Shown here: piece after piece, positions 38,311 through 47,874 of the stretch
Layout of the letters: the number at the start of each line of letters is the position of its first letter
Position numbering within the stretch: the stretch's first letter is position 1
Assembly: GCA_963784785.1 (NCBI GenBank)
Contig: CAWASW010000005.1
Span: 9,247 to 73,246, forward strand
Direction: 5' to 3'
Source: Candidatus Woesebacteria bacterium
Lineage (GTDB): Bacteria; Patescibacteriota; Microgenomatia; UBA8517
DNA length: 64,000 nt
Position numbers and translations under genes: made by a program
Notes under the pieces: generated by a model
The model's input: only the letters and a program-made list of their open reading frames with translations
The model's database searches: none
What the model was told of the DNA's origin: nothing

Positions 38311-38823
38311 ATGTATGAAAATAAAGTTAACTGGTTTAGCCTTGTGGGCTACGTTATTTTAACTGTAGTTGTTGCCTCAGGAATTTTTTATATATTAAAA
38401 TCGATGGATGAGCCAAAAATTAATGCTAAACCTAGTCAAAAAGTAGCAGTTGCAGAAAGCTCTCCTAAAAGAGATAATAGTAAAATGCAACAAGATGTGA
38501 AGGAACTAAAAATTGAAGATTTAGTAGTAGGTACCGGTGCAGAAGCTGTTTCAGGAAAAGAAATAACTGTTAATTATACGGGAACCTTGGTAGATGGTAC
38601 TAAATTTGATTCATCTCTAAACCCAGGTAGAACTCCATTTGAATTTACATTAGGTGCTGGGCAAGTAATAGAAGGTTGGGATAAAGGCTTTAGTGGCATG
38701 AAGATTGGTGGTAAGAGAAGACTAACGATTCCCTCAAGTATGGGATATGGTGCTCAAGGAACTGGACCAATTCCTGGAAATGCCACTTTAATTTTTGAAG
38801 TTGAACTTCTTGGAGTTAAATAA
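38311..38823 (+). CDS. FKBP-type peptidyl-prolyl isomerase, membrane anchored
   Basis: VNYTGTL.DG.KFDSS, VIEGWD.G, YG..G..PIP.NATLIFEVELL. Confidence 0.95.
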   Translation: MYENKVNWFSLVGYVILTVVVASGIFYILKSMDEPKINAKPSQKVAVAESSPKRDNSKMQQDVKELKIEDLVVGTGAEAVSGKEITVNYTGTLVDGTKFDSSLNPGRTPFEFTLGAGQVIEGWDKGFSGMKIGGKRRLTIPSSMGYGAQGTGPIPGNATLIFEVELLGVK

Positions 38824-38846
38824 CATTATTGTGATATCATCATAAT

Positions 38847-39185
38847 ATGAAGTACTTTGATTCTCCTTTGTCTCTTAGTGATGTTGATATTGTTCATGAA
38901 ACATACGGTGAATATGTAAAAATTACAGCTGATTTGGAAAATAATAGAATTGTTGTTGGGTGTGAACTTCATGCGGATGGTGAAAAAATTCTTTTAGAAA
39001 AAGGCGGTAATGACGATAATATCTGGGGTGGGGGAATTGATTTTATAATTAAGGACATAACTGCAACTGCGATGTTAAATTTGAGACCCAGATTAAATAA
39101 CGATAGCATGGAAATTTTGGATCCAGCGAGAAGGTCTGATTTTATCGAATTGGTTAGAAAATATTTTAAAAAGCTATGGCTATAG
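38847..39185 (+). CDS. DUF5674-like protein
   Basis: VK..D, ELHAD.E..LL..G..DNIWG, NLRP..NN.SMEI. Confidence 0.7.
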   Translation: MKYFDSPLSLSDVDIVHETYGEYVKITADLENNRIVVGCELHADGEKILLEKGGNDDNIWGGGIDFIIKDITATAMLNLRPRLNNDSMEILDPARRSDFIELVRKYFKKLWL

Positions 39186-39397
39186 ATACACGTTCAAAAG
39201 AAGCAGACAAATTAGCAAATTTGTATCGTGCGGCTTTTTATATCGCAAAAGGAGCCGAAAAAATTGGGTTAGATTTTATTAAGAAAACTGATGAGGAATT
39301 TCCAGAAATGGATTTCTCAACCGATATTAAAAGGATGTATTGGGCAGAAAAAGTTTTTGATAGGTACGTTTTGTTAAAAATTAACATAAGTAAATGA
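39176..39397 (+). CDS. Hypothetical protein
   Basis: 73-aa ORF overlapping both neighbours. Confidence 0.5.
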   Translation: MAIDTRSKEADKLANLYRAAFYIAKGAEKIGLDFIKKTDEEFPEMDFSTDIKRMYWAEKVFDRYVLLKINISK

Positions 39398-39708
39398 AAA
39401 TAAAAGTCATTGTAAATGACATGATGCAAAAGGGCTATGAATATCACTTAACTTCTTCGATCGGTAAAGATTTTGACCCTAATTTCACTCCTGAATTAAC
39501 ACCGAAAGAAATGTTAGAACTTGGTGTTTTTGGTGGTAAATACATGACAGATTGCAAAGATGAATTTCCAAAAGATTGGTATAAAAATGCAAAATTATGT
39601 CATGAATTTCATAATCCAAAATTAAATTTTTTCAAAATTAGTGCAAGTGAGTTTCTTTCTGTTTGGAGACAAAAAGGATGGATATTTGATGAAGATCCGA
39701 GAGGATGG

Positions 39709-39903
39709 GATACCGTTGCATAAACGGTCACTTGTTTAGCCTTAAATGATTTGTTGTTTTTCGTTAAAATAATAACACTTTCGTCCGATTACTCGGACAA
39801 TGCTGAAATTGGTTGTAGAAGCGTTTACTTAGTGAAACTACCTTTTTAGGCCGAAAGTATAGTAAAATCAGTGTGTTTTAGGAGACCGAAATGTAACGGT
39901 CTC
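39709..39903 (-). mobile_element. 195-bp MITE copy 4
   Basis: 9-bp TSD AGAGGATGG at 39700-39708 and 39904-39912. Confidence 0.9.
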
Positions 39904-40016
39904 AGAGGATGGTTCCAATGGTATTGTAGATATTATATGGGTAGGAGAAATGAAAAAATAGATCAAATTCAGATCGAAAGGTGGAAGTCAATGAAAAGAC
40001 ATATTGCACAACTAGT

Positions 40017-41662
40017 CCTGACTTCGCCAACCTAGTTTTTATGTAACTTCTTGAGGCTAATTGTTTGTATTTTTATGTACTTTAGGGCACTTACTGTTTT
40101 ATTTGCTAAAATTAGGTTTGAATGTACTTAAGAAAGGTCAAAAACAAATCTAATACATCAGTTCAAGTTGCCCAAAAAGTTTCAGGAAGAAGAAAAATAG
40201 TGAAGCACATTGGAACTGCAAGAAATGAGTTGGAGCTAATTGAACTTACAAAATTAGGCTTAAAATACATTGATGATTGTCGTATCAAAGAAGGAAGAAT
40301 TTCACTTTTTGACAACAGATTTAATCAATCTGAACTTAAAGAGCTACTTTCAAAGGTAACTTTTGGCAAAGTAATGGATACTGTCTCTTACAATTTTTTT
40401 GATTTTTACTATCATTTTTTAGGTTTAAATGACTTAAAAGACAATTGTTTTAAGGATCTTGTTATTGCAAGAATTTTAAATCCAACTTCAAAACTTGAAA
40501 CTAGAAATTATCTTGAAGAGAAATTAAATCACAAATACTCACTTACAGAAATCTACAGAGGCATGAAAAAAGCCTTTGATGGTGGCTACAAAGAGATAGT
40601 TGAGGATTTGTTATTTAATTTTGCCAAAACAAATATTTCATCTGTAATTTCAGTTTTATTTTTTGATGTCACAACTTTATATTATGAATCTTTTACAGAA
40701 GATGATTTTAGAAAAAATGGCTTTTCAAAAGACAAAAAATCAAATCAACCTCAAATAGTTGTTTCCTTAACAGTCACAAAACAAGGTTTCCCTGTTCATA
40801 TGCAGGCTTTTGAAGGAAATACTTTTGAAGGCCACACAATGCTTCCTGTAATGAAAGACCTCATCAAAAAGCATTCCTTGAAAGACATTATTCTTGTTGC
40901 AGATGCTGGTATGTTAAGTGAGAAAAATACAGATGAATTGGAAAAAGAAAACTTAAAGTTTATAGTTGGAGCAAGACTTGGTAATTTAGACAAAACTATT
41001 TTTGAAAAAGTAATTAGTGTACCTAAAATAGATGGCTCTACAGAAAGATTTGAACTTACAAAAACTAAATTTTTAATTATCAACTACTCAGTCAAAAGAG
41101 CATCAAAAGACAAATCAGACAGAGAAAAACAATTAAAAAGAGCAAATTATGCACTAAATAATCCAAGCAACTTAACTAAAAACTACAAATTTCTAAAAAA
41201 AGAAAAGGGAATTAAAAAAGAATGGAAAATAAATGAAGCTAAACTTAAAAAAGCAGAACAGCTTGAAGGCTTAAAAGGTTATGTTACAAATGCACTAGAA
41301 TTAACAAACACAGAAATAATTACCAAATATCAAGAACTCTGGCAAGTTGAAAAGGCATTTAGAATCACAAAATCAGACCTCCAAGCTAGACCAATATTTC
41401 ATACAGCCAAAGAAAAAATATTAACCCACATGTTAATTGTTTTTACCAGTCTTGCAATTACAAGATATGCAGAAATTAAAAACAACAAAAGCACAAAAAA
41501 GATACTACAAATTCTATCAAGCTTAAAAGAAATTACTATCAAAGACAAAATCTCAAATGAAGAAATATCAAAATTTACAGAACCAACAACAGAGCAACTT
41601 CAACTTCTTAAAAATACCAAACTTCTATCTTTTATTCAGGGCACTTAATTGGCGAAGTCAGG
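40017..41662 (+). mobile_element. IS1634-family insertion sequence, copy 2 (1646 bp)
   Basis: Same IRs; 132-bp direct repeat at 39885-40016 and 41663-41794. Confidence 0.92.
40122..41648 (+). CDS. IS1634-family DDE transposase
   Basis: 508 aa; differs from copy 1 at one residue (TIFEKV vs TIFKKV). Confidence 0.92.
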   Translation: MYLRKVKNKSNTSVQVAQKVSGRRKIVKHIGTARNELELIELTKLGLKYIDDCRIKEGRISLFDNRFNQSELKELLSKVTFGKVMDTVSYNFFDFYYHFLGLNDLKDNCFKDLVIARILNPTSKLETRNYLEEKLNHKYSLTEIYRGMKKAFDGGYKEIVEDLLFNFAKTNISSVISVLFFDVTTLYYESFTEDDFRKNGFSKDKKSNQPQIVVSLTVTKQGFPVHMQAFEGNTFEGHTMLPVMKDLIKKHSLKDIILVADAGMLSEKNTDELEKENLKFIVGARLGNLDKTIFEKVISVPKIDGSTERFELTKTKFLIINYSVKRASKDKSDREKQLKRANYALNNPSNLTKNYKFLKKEKGIKKEWKINEAKLKKAEQLEGLKGYVTNALELTNTEIITKYQELWQVEKAFRITKSDLQARPIFHTAKEKILTHMLIVFTSLAITRYAEIKNNKSTKKILQILSSLKEITIKDKISNEEISKFTEPTTEQLQLLKNTKLLSFIQGT

Positions 41663-41899
41663 ACCGAAATGTAACGGTCTCAGAGGATGGTTCCAATGGT
41701 ATTGTAGATATTATATGGGTAGGAGAAATGAAAAAATAGATCAAATTCAGATCGAAAGGTGGAAGTCAATGAAAAGACATATTGCACAACTAGTCAAAAA
41801 TTGTTTACCCGAAGACTGGAATTGCAGAAGAAGGCAAAGACAGGCACTGTTGCATTGGGCATATGACACAAGAAAGATTTAATGTGATATTATATATAT

Positions 41900-42556
41900 A
41901 TGCCAAAAGATTTAAAGGAAGAAGTAAGAGAAAGTAAAAAGAAAATGGTTGTTGTTGAAGAAGTTGCTGAGGTCGAGGAAGCGAAGAAGGAGGAAATAAG
42001 TGATGAGTCTCAAGCCCCCAAAGTAGTAGAGGTAGCGGAAGTTTCACCAGTCGTCACTGAAGTTACTGTTGATGAAGAAGAAGTTGAAAAGTCAAATTAC
42101 CTTTGGATAATTATTCCCACAGCATTACTCATTGGTGCTTTAGTTGGTGGGCTAATAACCTATTTTTCGGGAATATCTAGACTTGCTGAATTAAGTCCTA
42201 CTTCAACTCCTGTTCCTACTTCTGCACCAGTTGTGCAACCAACTCCTACGACAGAATCTAAATCTACTTTTGATCGAAGTATTGTCAAAATTCAGGTATT
42301 AAATGGTAGTGGAATTTCAGGTTTGGCTAGCAAAGCAAAGATTTATCTAGAGGGTCTTGGTTATAAAGAAGTTGCAACGGGAAATGCTTCAGTTTCAAAT
42401 CTTGTTGAGACAAAAATTTCTGCAAAAGATTCTAAAAGTGAGGTATTAAATAATGTCATCTCTGACGTATCTAAAAATTACAAAGTTGCCGAAAAAACTG
42501 AAGTTCTTGCTGCCTCAAGTAAATATGATTTTGTAATCATTCTTGGTAGCAAATGA
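41900..42556 (+). CDS. LytR C-terminal domain protein
   Basis: TM helix, Pro/Thr linker, IQVLNGSGISGLA...L...GY, DFVIILG. Confidence 0.8.
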   Translation: MPKDLKEEVRESKKKMVVVEEVAEVEEAKKEEISDESQAPKVVEVAEVSPVVTEVTVDEEEVEKSNYLWIIIPTALLIGALVGGLITYFSGISRLAELSPTSTPVPTSAPVVQPTPTTESKSTFDRSIVKIQVLNGSGISGLASKAKIYLEGLGYKEVATGNASVSNLVETKISAKDSKSEVLNNVISDVSKNYKVAEKTEVLAASSKYDFVIILGSK

Positions 42557-43593
42557 AATTACCACCTCTCCCTGTTTTTTTTCCGGATGCCACTCGTGGA
42601 TTAATTAGATCACTTGATACTACCGATATCGAAAACACCAAGATTAATGGTATTTTAGTTAATACATACCACCTATTTAAAGACCTTGGAATTGAATACA
42701 TAAAAGAACGTGGAGGAATAAAGAAGTTTATGAATTGGAAGGGATTTGTTATTTCTGACTCAGGTGGATTTCAAGTAGGTAGTCTTATTAAGATGAATCC
42801 TTCGTCGGGGTTTGTAAATGATAAAGGAGCTACATTTAAACCTGTTGGTGAAAAGGTTGTTAAATTAACACCCGAAAAATCAGTTGAATTTCAACTGGAA
42901 TTGGGTAGTGATATGGTAGTAGTACTGGATGATTTTACAGATCCAAAAGCAACTTACGAAGAAGCAAAAGTATCTGTTGAACGAACTATAAAATGGGCAA
43001 AAAGAAGTAAAGCCGAGTTCTTGCGTATAGCTAAAGACAAACAGCTAACGGCTAAAGACTGTCCTTTGTTGCTTGGTGTTGTTCAAGGTGGCTATTATCA
43101 AGATTTACGAAAATATTGTGTAGAGGAATTGGTAAAAATTGGTTTTGATGGATTAGGATATGGTGGTTGGCCAATGACAATTGATAATAAATTTGATTTA
43201 GAATCTGCAAAAACGATTGCTGATAACACACCTAAAGATTATTTATTATATGGACTAGGAGTTGGAATGCCACAAGATATCGTTGCCTTATCTGAACTCA
43301 GATATAACATATTCGATTGTGTCTTGCCTACAAGAGACGCAAGACATGGAAGGGCATATGTTTTTACTGGTGTTGGAACAGAACATAAATTTGTCGACTT
43401 AACAAAAGGAAGAATGATGGGAGATGATTCAAAACTTAGTGACAATTGTGATTGTTTAGCTTGTACTAGATATACGAAAAGTTATTTGGCTCATCTGTTT
43501 AAAACTGGCGATTCTACCGCTGGTAGACTTTTGACAATTCATAATCTTCGTTTTTATTCTATATTAATGGATAAATTGCGATCAAAGGGTTGA
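42553..43593 (+). CDS. tgt: tRNA-guanine transglycosylase
   Basis: NTYHL, DSGGFQV, GVVQGG, GVG.P, FDCVLPTR.ARHG, CDC..C, HNL. Confidence 0.93.
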   Translation: MKLPPLPVFFPDATRGLIRSLDTTDIENTKINGILVNTYHLFKDLGIEYIKERGGIKKFMNWKGFVISDSGGFQVGSLIKMNPSSGFVNDKGATFKPVGEKVVKLTPEKSVEFQLELGSDMVVVLDDFTDPKATYEEAKVSVERTIKWAKRSKAEFLRIAKDKQLTAKDCPLLLGVVQGGYYQDLRKYCVEELVKIGFDGLGYGGWPMTIDNKFDLESAKTIADNTPKDYLLYGLGVGMPQDIVALSELRYNIFDCVLPTRDARHGRAYVFTGVGTEHKFVDLTKGRMMGDDSKLSDNCDCLACTRYTKSYLAHLFKTGDSTAGRLLTIHNLRFYSILMDKLRSKG

Positions 43594-43630
43594 CAACGAC
43601 CCTAAGTTTTAGGTATACTGCGCCACAGAC

Positions 43631-44272
43631 ATGGAAGAGACACAATCCCAAGATCAAATAGCACAGCAAGGTCCATTACAGACCTCAGGTTTCAACCAAC
43701 CTAAAGCAAAAAATAGTAATTCGAAGTGGATTGTAATTTTCATTGTGTTATTGATATTAGGTGGTGCTGGAATATTTTTCTTTACTAGCAATGCAAACAA
43801 ACCAATTCCAACACCTACACCTTCATTTGGAGTAGTTCCAATAGAAAATAAAACAACACCAACTCCTGTAGCGACTGCTTCAGCCACACCTATTAAGAAA
43901 GATACGATTACAATTGAAATTCAGAATGGAACAGGTATAACAGGAGAAGCAAAATTGTTGCAGGATAAATTAAAAGCATTAGGTTATACAGAAATTACAG
44001 TTGGTAATGCAGACACTACAGATAATACAGAAACCAACGTTACATTTAAAAAGACACTTGCACAGTCAGCACAAGACGAACTTAAAAAAGAATTAGAATT
44101 ATTCTATAAAACCGTTAATGTAAAAACGTCTTCTACACAAAAAACAGACGTTTTAATAGTAACTGGTTTAAGAAATCAGACAGCTAAAATAGTAAGTTCT
44201 GCTACTCCAAAATCATCTGCTGTTGCTACTTCTTCAGCTTCTCCTAAGGCTAGTGCTACACCTTTAAACTAA
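43631..44272 (+). CDS. LytR C-terminal domain protein
   Basis: TM helix, Pro/Thr linker, IEIQNGTGITGEA...L..LGY; upstream TTGACA-N18-TATACT at 43590-43619. Confidence 0.75.
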   Translation: MEETQSQDQIAQQGPLQTSGFNQPKAKNSNSKWIVIFIVLLILGGAGIFFFTSNANKPIPTPTPSFGVVPIENKTTPTPVATASATPIKKDTITIEIQNGTGITGEAKLLQDKLKALGYTEITVGNADTTDNTETNVTFKKTLAQSAQDELKKELELFYKTVNVKTSSTQKTDVLIVTGLRNQTAKIVSSATPKSSAVATSSASPKASATPLN

Positions 44273-44294
44273 AAAATTAGTATATAATTAGACT

Positions 44295-44738
44295 ATGCAA
44301 AGTATTCAATTTTTGATACAAAAAATAACTGTTTTTTTTCAAAGTTTTTCAGTTGCGCCTACATATATTCAAGCTGGATCTATCGTGGTTTTACTTTTCT
44401 TACTTATTGTAAGTCTTGCCCAATTTAGGCAACATTTTGTTAAATGGTCATTTAAGGGAGGGTTGATAGGTCTATTTTTTGGATTTTTATTAACTATATT
44501 GCTTGAAGGTTTTTTGCTCTTGAGTGGGCATACAGTTATAACTGGTTTATTAGGTTGGAAAAATGCACCAAAACCTTTTAGCACTGCATTAGATCTGGGT
44601 AAAAATAAATTAATAAATGTATTGGGAGTTTCCACCTCGAACGTCACAGCCACTTCAGCAACTGATGCGATTTCTGTTCTTCAAACTTTAAATCCTGATG
44701 AAATAAAAAAAATAAAAGCTATAATATGCACTCCTTAA
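44295..44738 (+). CDS. Hypothetical membrane protein
   Basis: Two TM segments, LLGWKNAPKP motif. Confidence 0.6.
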   Translation: MQSIQFLIQKITVFFQSFSVAPTYIQAGSIVVLLFLLIVSLAQFRQHFVKWSFKGGLIGLFFGFLLTILLEGFLLLSGHTVITGLLGWKNAPKPFSTALDLGKNKLINVLGVSTSNVTATSATDAISVLQTLNPDEIKKIKAIICTP

Positions 44739-44739
44739 C

Positions 44740-45777
44740 ATGAACGAAGAATTAAATCAAAAATTAGCAAAACTAAAAGAAGTACTAGATATTCCAAAGA
44801 AAGAAGAAGAGCTAAAACAACTTGAGGTTCTTTCTCTTGATCCTCACCTTTGGGATGATCAAAATAATGCAAAATCAGTTTTGCAAAATATATCAAGCCT
44901 GACAGAAGAACTTGCTGAAATAAAAGATGTTTCTGATACTTTGGAAATTTTAAATGAAGTTCAAGATGAGGAAGAACTCAAAAAGTTATCCAGACAAATT
45001 GCAAAATTAGAACTTAAGTCATATCTATCTGGCCCATATGACAATAAAAATACGATAGTGACAATTCATGCAGGACAAGGCGGAACTGAAGCCATGGATT
45101 GGTCAGCAATGCTTTTTAGAATGTATATCAGGTATTGTGAAAGAAAAGGTTTTTCAACTGAAATATTAGAAAACACTCAAGGTGAAGAGGCGGGAATTAA
45201 AAGTGTTACCTTCCAAATTAAAGGTCGTTATGCCTATGGTTATATGAAAGGCGAAGCGGGAACTCATAGACTAGTTAGGCAGTCTCCATTTAATGCTAAT
45301 GATTTAAGGCAGACTTCGTTTGCATTGGTTGAAGTATTGCCTGATTTAGAGGCTTCAGATCTTCCTGATATTCAAATTAAGGATGAAGAACTTGATTGGC
45401 AATTTACAAGGGCAGGTGGTCATGGTGGACAAAATGTTAATAAAGTTTCAACTGCAGTAAGACTTACTCATTTACCTACGGGGATTGTAATTACAGCTAG
45501 AACCGAGAGGTTTCAAGAGCAGAACAGAAAGATTGCATTAGGTCTTTTGCGTGCGAAACTTTGGTTAAGACAACAGGAAATGGAAAAGAATCATTTAAAA
45601 GATATCAAAGGTGATTACAAACCAGCAAGCTGGGGTAACCAGATACGTTCTTACGTTCTTCATCCTTATAAGATGGTCAAGGACTTAAGGACTGAGGTGG
45701 AATCAGGTAATCCTGATGCAGTCTTGGACGGCGAAATGGACGAATTCATCGAGGCAGAGTTGAAACTTAAATTGTAA
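44740..45777 (+). CDS. prfB: Peptide chain release factor 2
   Basis: GQGGTEA.DW, HRLVRQSPF (SPF tripeptide), GGQNVNKV, QIRSYVLHPY. Confidence 0.95.
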   Translation: MNEELNQKLAKLKEVLDIPKKEEELKQLEVLSLDPHLWDDQNNAKSVLQNISSLTEELAEIKDVSDTLEILNEVQDEEELKKLSRQIAKLELKSYLSGPYDNKNTIVTIHAGQGGTEAMDWSAMLFRMYIRYCERKGFSTEILENTQGEEAGIKSVTFQIKGRYAYGYMKGEAGTHRLVRQSPFNANDLRQTSFALVEVLPDLEASDLPDIQIKDEELDWQFTRAGGHGGQNVNKVSTAVRLTHLPTGIVITARTERFQEQNRKIALGLLRAKLWLRQQEMEKNHLKDIKGDYKPASWGNQIRSYVLHPYKMVKDLRTEVESGNPDAVLDGEMDEFIEAELKLKL

Positions 45778-45786
45778 AATAACAAC

Positions 45787-46370
45787 ATGGATGGAGCAAT
45801 AAATAAACTAAAAAATAAGATAATTGAACTTGCAGGTAAAGAGTCCTTTATTCATCACAAATGGTTTGTTAAATATCATCAATTAGTTGTCGAAAAGATA
45901 TCTACTGAATTGTGTGATATCTACAACGACGCAGATAAAGATATTGTTATGGCATTATTGTGGGTGCATGATATCGGGAAAATAATGTCTCTTACTGAAG
46001 AACAATCTATTGAAAAAATTAAAAGTTTGATGTTGGAATCTGGATATGAATTAGTTTTAATAAATAAGACTATCGAATATTACAATTTAATGGAAAAAAG
46101 ATGGAGATTGATCTAAATGAGTCTCCGATTGAAGTTAGAATAGTTTCATCTGCAGATGGAGCATCTCATTTTATTGGACCATTTTATTACACATATTTTC
46201 ATGAAAATTCTGGCATGAATTTAGGCGATATCTTTGAATCAAATGTAAAAAAAGCAAATAAAGACTGGAATAGAAAAATAGTCTTGCCAGAGGTCAAAGC
46301 AGCTTTGCAAGATAGGTACAAGTTTACTTTAGAAAATAATGGCCAATTTCCAGACAAATTTATTGGGTAG
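45787..46370 (+). pseudogene. HD-domain protein, frameshifted at an A6 run near 46095
   Basis: H..VV, HDIGK in ORF 45787-46116; IVSSADGASH in ORF 46101-46370. Confidence 0.7.
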
Positions 46371-46784
46371 AATTAAAACTAAAGTTATGAGGACTTATAA
46401 GGTTTGACCTTTAAAGGTAGTATCAAAACATATCACGTATATGGATAATAAATTATATTGGGCGGATAAACATAAAAAGTATTCAACACAGGATTGGATT
46501 GATAAACCAACCATCTTTTCACAATTTGCAGTTAGTTATTTTCCAAAAATAGGTAGACTTTTGGATCTTGGTGCTGGCCAAGGACAAGACTCAAGATTTT
46601 TTGCGGATAATGGTTATGAAGTAACTGCCACTGAATATTCTGAAGTCGCTATAGAATTAGCAACAAAAAATAAACCAGAGTTAAACATAAAATATTTAGC
46701 TCATGATTTGAGCGATTGACAGGTACCCCTTAAAATACACACAGTTTCTCTTATAATTGAGAAATTGTTTGGAGGTGAATTTAT

Positions 46785-47042
46785 TTGACTACAAAATTAA
46801 TTACAAAAGAATTAAAGGATGAAATCTTGGGAAAAGTTAAGCTTGGAGAAAGTGTGGCTTCATTATCAAGACATTACGATATGTTTGACAAAACAATATA
46901 TAGATGGCTTAAAGAGGGAGTTTTAAAAGATATCAGTGTATATGAATACACAAGATTAAGAAGGGAAAATCAGCAATTAAAGGAAGTTGTTGGAGTTTTA
47001 TCTCTTGAACTTTCTAAGTTAAAAAAAAAGACAAATCATTGA
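46785..47042 (+). CDS. IS3 OrfA (HTH and leucine zipper)
   Basis: SVASLSRHY...TIYRW, LRRENQQLK; ends at slippery A9G run 47021-47030. Confidence 0.8.
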   Translation: MTTKLITKELKDEILGKVKLGESVASLSRHYDMFDKTIYRWLKEGVLKDISVYEYTRLRRENQQLKEVVGVLSLELSKLKKKTNH

Positions 47043-47091
47043 CCTAGTAATTTCAAAAGTTTCTGGTCTAACAAAAACTTTTCTATCAAAT

Positions 47092-47874
47092 TTGTTCTCA
47101 GTTTCAAGAAAATCTTTATACTTAAAATCAGACAAACAACTATTAAAAGATGAGTTCACTAAAGAAAAGATTTTGAATTGTTTAGACACAAATCCTGCAT
47201 ATGGCCACAGAAGGTTATCAATGGCTTTAAAATTCAACAAGAAAAGAGTTAAGAGGGTTATGAATCTAAATGGTATCAAACCTTACAAAAGAAGAAGACT
47301 ATACAGAAAAGTTGAAGATTATGGCAAACCAGAATCAAAATATCAAAATTTAATTAAAAACATTTGTCCAATAGCTCCAAATGTTATCTTTGCAGGAGAT
47401 TTTACGTTTTTAAAATACAATGGAAAGTTTTTATATCTTGCTACATTTTTAGATCAATTTACAAGAGAAATTGTAGGTTGGAGTATTTCTGCAACACACA
47501 CAAAAATACTTACAATTAATGCACTTCTTGATGCAATCAAAACTCATGGCAAACCAGAATTTATCCATACAGATCAAGGTTCAGAATATAACTCTCTAGA
47601 ATTCACAACCTTTGCAGAAAAGTTTGGAATTAAAGTATCAATGTCTAAAAAAGGTTCACCTTGGGAAAATGGATATCAAGAAAGTTACTATGGCAAATTT
47701 AAATTAGACCTTGGTCTAGAATTTGAAAGATTTACCACCTTAGGAGAATTTGTTGAAGCAGTTCACAAAACCATTAATTACTACAACACCACAAGAATAC
47801 ACAGAAATTTAAAAATGTCAGTTTCGCAGTACAAACAAAACTACATTCAAAAGTTGTTACTGCAAAAGGATTAA
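47092..47874 (+). CDS. IS3 OrfB DDE transposase (fused to OrfA by a -1 frameshift)
   Basis: YGHRR, GDFTFL, HTDQGSEY, WENGYQES, YYN..R.H..L. Confidence 0.88.
   Translation: MFSVSRKSLYLKSDKQLLKDEFTKEKILNCLDTNPAYGHRRLSMALKFNKKRVKRVMNLNGIKPYKRRRLYRKVEDYGKPESKYQNLIKNICPIAPNVIFAGDFTFLKYNGKFLYLATFLDQFTREIVGWSISATHTKILTINALLDAIKTHGKPEFIHTDQGSEYNSLEFTTFAEKFGIKVSMSKKGSPWENGYQESYYGKFKLDLGLEFERFTTLGEFVEAVHKTINYYNTTRIHRNLKMSVSQYKQNYIQKLLLQKD

Larger units (their letters stand above)
39394..41882 (+). pseudogene. Conserved hypothetical protein interrupted by a MITE and an IS1634 copy
   Basis: TPKEMLELGVFGGKY...DPRGW joins FQWYCRYYMGRR...RQALLHWAYD after removing both insertions. Confidence 0.8.

Noticed and set aside
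47021-47030. A9G run as an assembly error
   Set aside because: It sits at the OrfA/OrfB overlap, the expected programmed -1 frameshift site of IS3 elements.
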